Shown here: piece after piece, positions 14,313 through 25,124 of the stretch
Layout: every line of letters starts with the position of its first letter
Position numbering within the stretch: the first letter of the stretch is position 1
Origin: Antedon mediterranea
Taxonomy: Eukaryota; Animalia; Echinodermata
DNA: 64,000 nucleotides
Direction: 5' to 3'
NCBI RefSeq assembly: GCF_964355755.1
Contig: NC_092672.1
Coordinates: forward strand, 3,286,001-3,350,000
Made by a program: the position numbers and the translations under genes
The notes under the pieces: generated by a model
Databases searched by the model: none
What the model was told of the DNA's origin: nothing
What the model saw: the letters and a program-made list of their open reading frames with translations, nothing else

Positions 14313-15113
14313 TTAATAAATAGAGGAGTCCAAAGGAGAGATTCTACTGTAATATAATTTAAATTTATAAATGAGTTATATATTAATAGAAACAAATCAG
14401 GTTATGCCTTGATAACAAAGTAACAATATGGAGTATGTTGCTACTGGTTTGTCACCAAAAACACAAAACATAGATAGATAATGGAGCAAATAGATAGATT
14501 ACTAGTTTAAAAAACAAAGTATTTATGATGATGAAGAACATTGTTGTAATATGCCAAAAAATGTTATTAATCATAATAATCAGGTTGTACCAAAATTATA
14601 TTTTATTAATTCGGCATTAGTTGCACCTTTTATTTTTCTTATGAATTTTAAATTCACAGATTTTTTTTATACACATTATGTATTCAAAATCTTTTTGATA
14701 TATAATGTTCATTATAAATTTGTCTATAATTATATGGAAAATGCTCAAACATATTTTTATCCACATCACAAACAAGATTCATAAATATGTCCCCATAGAA
14801 TAAATATTCTTAGTAGTAATTTTTCAAAAATCTGTTTTAGTCATTATACGCACTGATGTCACTATTTTCATTAAAATGTGTAATGACAAAAAAAATGTTT
14901 TAAACATTATAATGATGTTACAGTACAGCACATATAATAAAAGTCAATGTTCTAAACCAAATTGTAAATTCAGTAGTTACAGATTTAGTACATAACTGTG
15001 TCTACCATTTGTGATAGAAGTCCTTTACTAGGTTGTGATAAAACAAAGTGGCTGCATTTCACCAACCACACCAAACTGAAATATTTTCCTTAAATATTAA
15101 GTATTTCACTTAA

Positions 15114-15444
15114 AGATGTATTGTCCCCCTGAAAATATAATTCTTAACAAAATTTGTGTTGAATATGCCATTTTAATGTAACATAATAGTTATCAACTTT
15201 GACAAAAAATTGGATCGAAAAAAAATGTATTAACCTGAAAAAACTAATTTAAAGTAAAAAATGGTCAAATTGGCTGCCAGCCAGTGGGTTTTTGGTTGAA
15301 TTTAACCATTTATTTGGTCAATTTGTAAGTGAAAACATTATTTTTTTTCTATGGAAGTGATTAACTTTATTAAAACTACAAAATATCATTTAAAGTTTGA
15401 TTTAATTAATCTTCATTTTTCATGTTTTGGGGGACAACACATCT
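15114..15444 (+). mobile_element. Kolobok-like MITE (most complete copy)
   Basis: TTAA|AGATGTATTGTCCCCC...GGGGGACAACACATCT|TTAA. Confidence 0.82.
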
Positions 15445-15577
15445 TTAACTCAATAAATATTTATCTTAAATTGTATTCAACTTAAATAAAGTGTCATTTT
15501 TGTCCTCTGATTAAGGGTTTGCCATATGGTAAATTTAGTTCTATTGTATTCTCCTTTATGTATTCTACTAACTTTAT

Positions 15578-16996
15578 TTAAACATATTCAGATTTAGTTG
15601 ACCTGCTCCTAGAGATGTTCAACGCTCCCCCTTCTCCTTCCACATGTGCGTATACATCTTCTATTTCTATTTCTAATGGCACTTGTACTCCGACCGATCG
15701 CTTCCACTTTCCATGAACCGTTCTTGACGGTATCATTGGAAGTGTTCTATTTTCATTTGGGTCTGATGAAAAAGCCATATCTTTAGGCTCTGAATAAACA
15801 TCTGGTTGAAGCATTATCGGAGGTCTCCGTGGCATGTACAAGCCTTCTTCTTGCCTCTGACAAGTATAATAATAACATACAGGAATAACCATTAACAGCA
15901 AAATCAAACTAGAACAACCAACCGCTACTAATACAATAGCAAACAACGAAACCGTACTACTGTCCGTATTCTCATTGTTCACGCTTGGTTTTGATTCGCG
16001 AGTATTTGTCGATGATTCCGACTTCTGAAGGTTAAGTGTAATTTTTTTGGTGGCACTACCGATTGAATTTGTCGCAGTACAAGCAATTTCTGTCATATTG
16101 TCGTTGATTGTTGGAGTAATACGTAACACGGCTTGATTAGGTTGAAACGGGTCACTCTTTAGATGGTCTGGGATATTCCACTTGTGGGTGTGGGTCTGTG
16201 GGTTTGCATTAGAGAGGCATATATATACTGCTTCTTTATTGACTGGTAAGCTATCAGGCACATGAATTGTTATTTTTGGTTTGTACAATACATTTAATTG
16301 TCCAGGACTGCAAAACATTGTTTTACCCGTTATCTTAACGAACATGCTGCATTTCAATAAAGCACCACTGTCATTTTGTTGGGCAACAAATGTATAATTT
16401 AATAAGTCCTCCTTTCTATTTTTATCTAAATCGCTAGTTCCCTCTAATGTTGTTCCATTTTTAGTCCATTCGAGTTTAACTTTTGGTTGAATGGTCTCGC
16501 CTCGGCATGTCACCCTAACCACAGAGTTTTCAATGTATCCACTTTTGATCGGATCACATATAGGATACTTAGATTTTGGAACTTCTAAAACCTTAACCTT
16601 AGCTGGAAGAGTATGAGTAGTAATCATTACATCATTGTCAAATACTGCGCATTTGTAATCCCATCTATCGTCGTCGCGTCTAACAGGTTCAATCTTCAGG
16701 GCGAAATCGTTTTCCCCGTGATTCAGAATCTCATAATAAGATTTGTCGACGAGTACCACTTTATTTAAGGTGATCCTTTGCGCATCTCTTAACCAGGATA
16801 CATTGTATATACCAAGGTTCTTAACCGTGCAGAAAATGGTTACTTCATCGCCCTCATTTCCCTCCGTCATTCTTTGTGGAACAGTTTGTATGGATGGGTT
16901 CGGTGGTGACCCACTTTCCGAAAATTTGACATCAATAATGAGAAAAAGTAGTAGAAGTTTTAGACTAGCCAAGTGTTTCAGTACAGAGTTAGACAT
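15578..16996 (-). CDS. Type-I membrane Ig-superfamily adhesion protein, 3 Ig domains (kirrelL/nectin/CADM-like), 472 aa, single coding exon (IgSF-A)
   Basis: First ATG at 16996 begins a signal peptide (MSNSVLKHLASLKLLLLFLIIDV). Ig1 CTVKNLG..VSW..DYKC; Ig2 VTC..LEW..ALLKC; Ig3 YICLSNANP..KW..IACTATNSIG; TM FAIVLVAVGCSSLILLLMVIPV; tail ends SEYV. Confidence 0.93.
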   Translation of the reverse strand: MSNSVLKHLASLKLLLLFLIIDVKFSESGSPPNPSIQTVPQRMTEGNEGDEVTIFCTVKNLGIYNVSWLRDAQRITLNKVVLVDKSYYEILNHGENDFALKIEPVRRDDDRWDYKCAVFDNDVMITTHTLPAKVKVLEVPKSKYPICDPIKSGYIENSVVRVTCRGETIQPKVKLEWTKNGTTLEGTSDLDKNRKEDLLNYTFVAQQNDSGALLKCSMFVKITGKTMFCSPGQLNVLYKPKITIHVPDSLPVNKEAVYICLSNANPQTHTHKWNIPDHLKSDPFQPNQAVLRITPTINDNMTEIACTATNSIGSATKKITLNLQKSESSTNTRESKPSVNNENTDSSTVSLFAIVLVAVGCSSLILLLMVIPVCYYYTCQRQEEGLYMPRRPPIMLQPDVYSEPKDMAFSSDPNENRTLPMIPSRTVHGKWKRSVGVQVPLEIEIEDVYAHVEGEGGALNISRSRSTKSEYV

Positions 16997-17246
16997 AATT
17001 CCACTAATTTTGTTTGTATTTGCTGTAAATTTTAACAAATTATTAAAATCATATTTCCAAATTATGTTTGTTGGTAATGCTCGATCATCAAATCAATGCC
17101 ATTAATGCAAGTTGTGTCAGAAATCAATAAAAGCCGAGTTCTTCATATCAGCCAAAATGTCTTTAGTATCTTCCAATGTCTAGAATAGATGAATTATTCA
17201 CTATTTTGTTTGTCCTGAAAGTAAAAAATAAATAAATAAATAAAAG

Positions 17247-18105
17247 TCTTTGGCAATACCATATGGCCATGCTTTAGTGGAACCTGTAATAGTTAAAGTT
17301 TAATTGGGTTGGAACATCTCCAAGATAATCTTAAAAAAAAATGTGAGATTAAAATTTTTACTTTTTTTAAAGCAATATTACACTTTAATTATTAATTATA
17401 AATAAATAAAAATAATTTTTTTAAATTTAATATCGCATAATAAAAGTGAAATTCGTTTTCCTACAAAAGTGAATAACTTGATTAAAACATCAAAATTGCC
17501 ATTCAAAGTTTCGTGTTTTTGGGAGACTATACAGTGTTTAATATCATTTTAGCCAATAGTATAATTGATGTGATTTATTATTTTAGTTCAATTTTAAATA
17601 GATGTCTTCAAAAACAAGAAGAAAACTTATTAACATAATCTGCAACATGATAATATTCAAATATAATCAAAATAAACGATATCTATAATTACATTTCACT
17701 CACTTGAAATGTGGTTAACTTGATATTGCGACTAGATCAAAGCGTATGTACCACTTGTATTATATTCAGAAATAATACCATCAGATTAGGATGTCCATGA
17801 CACGTTCTGGCTTCTGATAATTGAAATTTTTAAAGTACTTCTAGTAGATGTATAGTCTTAAGTTATCTTGGTGTTTTAAGCAATTTTCGTCATCCTCTTA
17901 TCTTCAGATACTTTGTAAGCCTTCCAGATTTACCACTGTTTTCAAATCAAAAACAAAATGTGGATTTTAGTTTAACGATACAGATACACGCCACCATTAG
18001 CCAAAATCTCTTGTTTTTTAAGATTATCTTGGAGATGTTCCAACCCAATTAAACTTTAACTATTACAGGTTCCACTAAAGCATGGCCATATGGTATTGCC
18101 AAAGA
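17247..18105. mobile_element. Foldback/MITE-like element with ~90-bp perfect terminal inverted repeats
   Basis: TCTTTGGCAATACCATATGGCCATGCTTTAGTGG...GATAATCTTAAAAAA (17247-17337) is the exact reverse complement of about 18015-18105. Confidence 0.8.
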
Positions 18106-18966
18106 TTTCTATTAGGAAAGCACTTGAGATTTTATGATTTTCGAGAAGAAAAATAATATATATAACATGAATTGTGTTGACAATCATACTGAATTTAATT
18201 AAGTGAGAATACAACAGTTTGTCTTTGAATTATTTATCATTTGATATTAAAATTATTTTTTCATTTTAATCATTGATTTATTATTCATTAAATTAATATT
18301 TTAATAACAAACTATTGTTAGTTATGTGATTAAATATTCATTAAAATTTAATTTTTCATACTTTAATGAATTTAGAGATTCCATGATCTGTAATGATATA
18401 CAGTTTTCATTGTTTTGTAATAAAAGTATTATTGGGGACGGGGAGTTGGGTGGGATACACAATTTTGATATAGGGTTGGGACTACCGTATACTAGGATAT
18501 TGAAGATATGAAATTCATATAGCATCATATCATGAGTACCACAAATTTAGAGGTGGAATTATTGTACTGTAATCGAGCATGAAATTATACTTGGTCATGC
18601 AATTATATATATTTTATAACTTTTTTATATATTTTATGTTTCACTAAAATTCTACTTTGTTTTTATTACTTCTGTATATGATTATAGTATAAGTCGCAAA
18701 GGCCTACATTCAAATCTAGGACAGTTGTCATATCACTATGATGACATGTGTAATAAAATAATAAATACAAAGCTTTAAAAATTACAATTTTTTATTAATT
18801 TTTTTCAAGATTTTACTTGTTTTTTACATTTTTTCTGTATTTCAATTTTTTTTTACATTTTTGAACATTAAAAAAAATGGTTGTTTTTGAAATTTATTTA
18901 TAACATTTTGTATTGTTTTTCCGTTGAGTGTTTGATGATTAATAATAAAATAATTTTGAATGTTAA

Positions 18967-19124
18967 AGATGTACAGTATTGTCCCCCTGAAGAAATAATT
19001 ATTCTTAACAACATTTTTGTTGAATATGCTTATTATGTAACATAATAGTTATCCACTTTGACCAAAAATTGTCTGATTTAATAATTAATCTTCATTTTTC
19101 ATATTTTTGAGGGACAATACATCT
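18967..19124 (+). mobile_element. Internally deleted Kolobok-like MITE
   Basis: Same TIRs and TTAA flanks as 15114-15444, with the middle missing. Confidence 0.78.
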
Positions 19125-20109
19125 TTAAACAAACTTGTTATTTTTACTTGTTTAGCTTTTTATTTATTTATATATTTGAAAACATCTGTGAATGACATGA
19201 ATAACATTTACAATTAAATTCAAATGTTCTTGCAAATGGTTTATGGTCCACTCCACTACGAAAAAAAAACGAAAATATTATAAAAGTCTTTTAATTAATT
19301 AAGTGCTGTTTACATACTGTAACACTTCAAGAATTAAAATATCAATTTAAATTAATTGATTTAGTAAATTTAATGGTGTTTATAACTTAGAAATATCATA
19401 AACATCTTCATATTAACGGAATTCATTCACTTTTAAGTTATCTCTTCTATGAACACTCTACTTAAAGTGTTATACATTAATTATTCAATGGTACATTTAA
19501 AGTGCCTCACAAACCCTTATGAATTATATAAACATAAATAGAATTCAGATTAAATGGAACAGTTTACAAAAACAGATGATGTTGCTAATAGAATTACTGT
19601 AAATAGAAGATGTTGATTCATGAATGTTATTGTTAAATGTTCTTGTTGAAAAGAAATCCTTATACATTTTGAACATTATACAGACAGGCTAACTAACGAT
19701 ATACTCAAATTCAAATTCAATTCACATTTATTTACTCATCGTTTATAAATACAGTTTCATAGCATAAATGATGGCAAGGATCCTGCATAGAGAAGTTTAC
19801 ACTTCTGTTTTCGCAGGACCCTTTCACATAAAACAATAAACACAACATAATAGATACAAAATAAAAAAAAAACCATTTCCTATATACATTTTAGAGTTGT
19901 TCATCATCAAAAAGCGATACTGTTTTTCTATCATGATTATTTATACATTTTGTCTTAAACTTAAAAAAGAAGATATTCAGTTTATTACTTCCAGTACATG
20001 TGTATTCTTTCTATATATATTATAGCAAAAGTATGAATACATATAATATAAAAACAACTGTGTTAATATTGGGTACTTACAAAAGGCAAAAGAAAAGTAC
20101 AGTACTTAC

Positions 20110-20500
20110 CTTATATTCTGATGTGATGATTACTCGGTGAGAAGGTAACGGACTAAAAGTTCCTAGTAAAAAAATACATTTTCTGGAAGTTGATTGCTTA
20201 TAAGTGAACAAAGTAGCAACCATAAATAGCAAGATGTTCAGTGTACTCTACTGTACAATTTCAAAGAATTTATATGTTCCTATAATTTAAAAAAAAGCAC
20301 CATCGCAGAATATAATATTTTGTACTGTACTCATACGTTGATTTCAACATTAAACGTACACGTTGATGATTTGATCACTATTCAAAACATTCTGAAGAGT
20401 TTAAGTGTGCAGTAGATCCCGTGTATTGATCACAAGTATGATTCGTTAAGCATTTATTTGCTTAGAAGTCATGTGATTGGCCAACGCTGTTTGCAATTAA
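20110..20500 (-). promoter_or_regulatory. Predicted non-coding exon 1 and promoter of IgSF-A (upper bound approximate)
   Basis: Minus-strand AAG|GTAAGT donor at 20110/20109 can pair with acceptor TTTTTACTTTCAG at 17215/17214; CCAAT box (GCCAATCAC on minus) near 20475. Confidence 0.5.
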
Positions 20501-21684
20501 TTTAGATGGAACAAGAAAAATAGCATTTGGATCATCGTGATTTAAGTGTCTATACTGAGAGGATCGTCTTACTGTACCACTACTCTTCATGATTACCTTC
20601 CTTATGTTACTTCTGCCTGGATATCTGAAATTTAATAATCTTTTGTTTCAATACTAATGTAATTAATAATAGTATTATTAACAAATTAATTATTTTTGTA
20701 CACTTATTTGGAAAACATTTAAAATTGGTGTTAATTCAGTTCAGTAATATATAATCCTGTATTAAATCTAAAAAGTGTACATATTTTGGGAACCCCTCAT
20801 TTGGGACACTCCTATTCAGGGATGTCCCTATTAAGGCTCAAGCTGCCACAGCTGATAAGAGCATGTACTTATGAGGTTAATCTCTTTTAATAGCACATAA
20901 TCAAGATATAAAATACAAATTAAAATAAATACCTATTGTAACATAGTATTTAACTTAAGAAAGATAATTATTCATGTTCAGATTTACTACCTTTTACAGT
21001 AATGAAGAAAATCAATGCATACAATAATATTCTAATGACAAACAACAATGAAGGTGATATGGATAGGATGTGCTGTATTAAAAAACAAATTGTCCTCAAG
21101 GGACTCAAATTTAAAATGCATAAAGTCAATAGCAATTACTGGTTAATTCATTTTTTCATTGTACATAACGATTATACATTTCAAAATAGTAAATTATCCT
21201 TTATGTTATAAATAGAGAAATGTTACAGACTACATTGCAGTAACCTATATGTTTACCAAGCATTTTTGGAGTACAATTATGCATACTGTTAACGTAAGGA
21301 TTATCGCAAATAGTGTGCATGATGCATGGTTGGAAGGGTTTAGGAGCAAATTTTACGTCGTGTACATACGTGATTTGTTTTATTGTACGCATTGTTTGCT
21401 CCCAAACCCTTCCCATCATGTGTTGTGCAATGACATTTCTCGCGAAATCAAGCTATTTGCAATAAACCTTATTAAAACTCTGAACTAAAATAATACTTAT
21501 TTACTTGGATGGAGGATCCTAAATTCTAAAGTTTCAAGAGTGCCCCCCTCCCCCCTTTTTCTCCCTTTTTTTTATCAAATAAAATCATAGTAATGTACAG
21601 TACTTACTGTGGAATGTGTACTTTTAAAATGCTATTGCATTTGCTAAAAGCAAAACAAGTAAGCCAAGTCACCCTGTTTCAAAG

Positions 21685-22210
21685 TTTATTTATTTATTTG
21701 TTCTTTCTTTAAACTGAAATACACTTTCAATACAAATGTACTGATTTCCAATGTGGTTCAGTAAACATATTTATAACGAAAATAAAATATAAAACAAAAA
21801 CAAAAAGAAAGAAAACAGATATAAAACTATTTACAATTGTGAAGGCAAAAAGGTTAATACATATATGATTTCTATAGTGAAGATTTAAAAGTTGCTGATT
21901 TTATGTTATTTGGTAGAGAATTCCATAATTTAGTTGATCTATAAACAAAAGTTCTTTTACCCTGAGAGTTATTCCATAACGGAATAGATAAATCATTATT
22001 ACTTTGGGAGCGAGTGCATTTATTATGGTTATCTACAGTAAATTGAAATAATATTGTTAAGTATCTTGGAGCTATTTCTTTTAAACATTTAAATAGCATT
22101 ATAAGAATATTTTCATTCCATTTTTCTGTAAGTCTACTCCATCCAAGAGTATTTAAAGCCCCATTCCCTACGTTTTTCAGATCTAATTTAAGATCACAAA
22201 CTATATTCAA
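21685..22210 (-). mobile_element. 5'-truncated LINE of the CR1/L2 group: ORF2 C-terminus plus 3' UTR
   Basis: Peptide LGW..L...MLFKCL...APRYL...TRS...KRTFVYRSTKLWNSLP is typical of L2/Crack/Daphne ORF2 ends; (TAAA)n tail near 21685-21700. Confidence 0.8.
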
Positions 22211-22214
22211 TGTA

Positions 22215-22785
22215 AAAATAATACTATATGGTCCTATTGCGATAACTTTTTTCGTCTTTAAACGGTTAAAAATGTGAAAAATAAATCGATTCTAATAATT
22301 ATAGCGGCCCGCTATAAATCCCAAAATGCATTGCGCGCGGATTGATATTTTTGTTTTTCACCTGTAATTCGCCCACTTTTCGATCGATCGTGAAGCCAAA
22401 ACAAATGGAAGACTCCTAACTTTTCAGCAAAAATACCGGGTTTTCCCCAATTTGTATCAACCGAGTCTGGCAAAAATAGAAAGACAATTAATGCAGCAAC
22501 TATACAACGTCAGGCTAGGTATATAGCTAGCGTACGATGTTCGTACGTTATCGATGTTTACCAGCTAGGCCTACAAAACTAAGCCTAGCTAGGCTAGGCC
22601 TAAGACCGTCCACGAGAGGTCGATCGCCGCGAGCTACTTAGGTAGTGCATTGTTTCTCACTTTTTATCATAATTTACCATAAAACGTACATTTAAGACAA
22701 GGAATGACATGGTTTAATGTTTTTAAAGTGATATATGTATTATTTTCCAAAAAACGTCCAAAATTGCAGGGAAGGGGTCTTTAAG
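22215..22785. mobile_element. Terminal fragment of a TTAA-type (Kolobok-like) DNA transposon
   Basis: GC-richer block ending GGGAAGGGGTCT|TTAA; only one end is visible. Confidence 0.35.
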
Positions 22786-23244
22786 ATATCATTAATAGGG
22801 GTATACAACATGTCTACTGATAACAATATTCTACCTAATCGGTTGATTAAAACCTGAAGAGAATCTGAAAAACTTATGTTACAATTGGACCAAACACAGC
22901 AACAATAATCAAATAATGGAATAATTAAAGCATTTGCTAAGTTGATTTGTTTATCTTCTATGACTTATATTACAATACTTTAAATTATACAAGCATATCA
23001 ATGTTAATGTTCTTCTGTACTGAATAAACACATAAAAGTTGAAACATACAGTAGAATCGTGATAGTGATTTATGTTTATATGTTTTAGCATAAACCACCT
23101 ACTGTGTCAGAGATAGAGTTTGATAAGATAACTTTTTATGGAGACCAGTACATTTATTATACTACCCGTCTGGTAAAATCTCAGTATATAAGTAAGTATA
23201 GTTGATAAGTGAACGTTGACATAGATTAACCTTCAGGCAGAATT

Positions 23245-23480
23245 TCTCCTCTCTACCTTTCTATCTCTTTCCATTTCCTTCGCCGTCGCCTCTTCCCCTT
23301 TTGCCTTCCTATTCCATCCTCCCCATCTCTCTTCCTCCTCCTTCCCTCCCTATCTCCCTTCCCCCACCCCACCTTTCTCCTTTCCTTCTCCTCCCTCTCT
23401 TTCTCCTTTCCTTTCCCCCCTTCCTTTCTCCTTTCCTTCTCCCCCTCTCTTTCTTCCCTCCTCTTCTTTCCCTTTTTATT
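23245..23480. repeat. Polypyrimidine/polypurine low-complexity tract
   Basis: About 230 bp almost entirely C/T on the plus strand. Confidence 0.9.
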
Positions 23481-23555
23481 ATACCACCCTTCTGGTAACG
23501 TCTCAAACCAGACCACCACCCATTTACAACCCAGTTGATAGTCCTATACATGCCA

Positions 23556-23773
23556 TAACATTTGCCTCTCTCCACTTAGGAGTATAAATAAATGGGAACC
23601 CGGTTAGATCAAGACACAACTTTGCGCTGATTACTAACTGCATTTATATGGGAGTATGTTTCCATACGTGTTTGATCCAAAATAAATGACTGGGGTAATA
23701 ATGTTCAGCGCTTTGAGGTTTCACATTATGCGCTATTATTATTATATATAAACCCAGGATATTATTATTATTA
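23556..23773 (+). mobile_element. 5'-truncated copy of the tRNA-derived SINE
   Basis: Matches the reverse complement of about 6120-6295; (ATT)n tail. Confidence 0.8.
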
Positions 23774-25124
23774 TAAGAATGAACAATTATTATCATTCAT
23801 ACTCACTTTCTATTAAAGAATATTCATATTTGATTGATTCGATATTTAAACTGCGTCTTCAAGTAATTAACTTAGCGTGGGAAATGATGTATTGTATAAT
23901 TAACTAATTCTGATTTAATGAGGCTTCCTTAATTAAACATAAGGTGGCCTTGTTTTGACAAAGGTACATTATAATTATACAAGTACAAATATGTTAGTAA
24001 CCACTACTGTACGTCATAGTGCGTACATATTCAGTGTTCCACACCAACTGTGCTTATTTCTAGGAGGGGGCAAGCCGGAAGAGCCCTATCCTTCTATTTT
24101 GAAAATTCATTTTACCCTTTTTAATTATGCACCTTATTTTTCAATTTACTGGCTCTTCCACGATTTGTACGCTTGGAATGAATTTATTATATTCAGATAT
24201 AAATAGTGCATTGTCCTTTCAAAATGATCTTCAATAGTTAAATTAGTATTTAATTTAATTAAATATCAAGATACAGTGTTTCTCTTGGCAAACATTGAAG
24301 TTGATTATGATTGCTAGGTAATTCAATTATAATCAACAAAGAAATTGTAATTATAATTTTTGATTGAGGAAAGCGTCTCGTATGGGTTCATCAGCACATA
24401 CGCGAAATCAATGTGTTTACATCTTGTATTGATACAGCTGAGAGAAGCAAGTGTAAAATTGTACCATCGTTGGTAATGAAGCAAATATTGCACACGGATC
24501 AATATCATTGGTAAACTTCTATGTTCGTACTCACTTCATCGTCTGTAATTAGTGCACACTAATAAGTAATCAAATTTTGTTCATTTGATTTAACATGATG
24601 CTTTGATTTGAGGTTTTTAATATCAAATATACATAATTATGATAAATATTGTAATTTGATAAGTTGTATTTGATATCATGGCTCTTTCAAATTCAACTGT
24701 AGATTTTGCTTGAATCATCTAAATTAATTTTTATTATTGTATTATTTCTATCTCATGTCAACTTGTCATTAAATGTTGGCAATGTCGGGTTGGCTATGAA
24801 AGAAAAACCTGGCGTTCAGCCAGATACCATCATTGTTGATTCCAAATTTTTCTTTTATGAAAATACAATAATATACTTAAAGATGTACAGTATTGTCCCC
24901 CTGAAAAAATCATTTTTAACAAAATTTGTGTTGAATATGCCATTTTAATGTAACATAATAGTTATCCACTTTGACCAAAAATTGGATCGAAAAAAATGTA
25001 TTTACCTGAAAAAACTAATTTAAAGCAAAAAATCGTCAAATTGGCTGCCAGCCAACGTCTTTTTGGTTGAATTTAACCATTTATTTTCTCATTTTTAAGT
25101 TTAAAAAAAAAGGTTTTTTTTCTA

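Noticed and set aside
16997-17038. N-terminal extension of IgSF-A in the ORF track
   Set aside because: It starts at TTG; the first ATG (16996) directly begins the signal peptide
16743-17105. 120-aa plus-strand ORF (likewise 37080-37549)
   Set aside because: Antisense shadows of the IgSF coding exons with no protein-like features
23253-23575. R/E/G/K-rich and P/L/F-rich ORFs
   Set aside because: Artefacts of the CT-rich low-complexity tract
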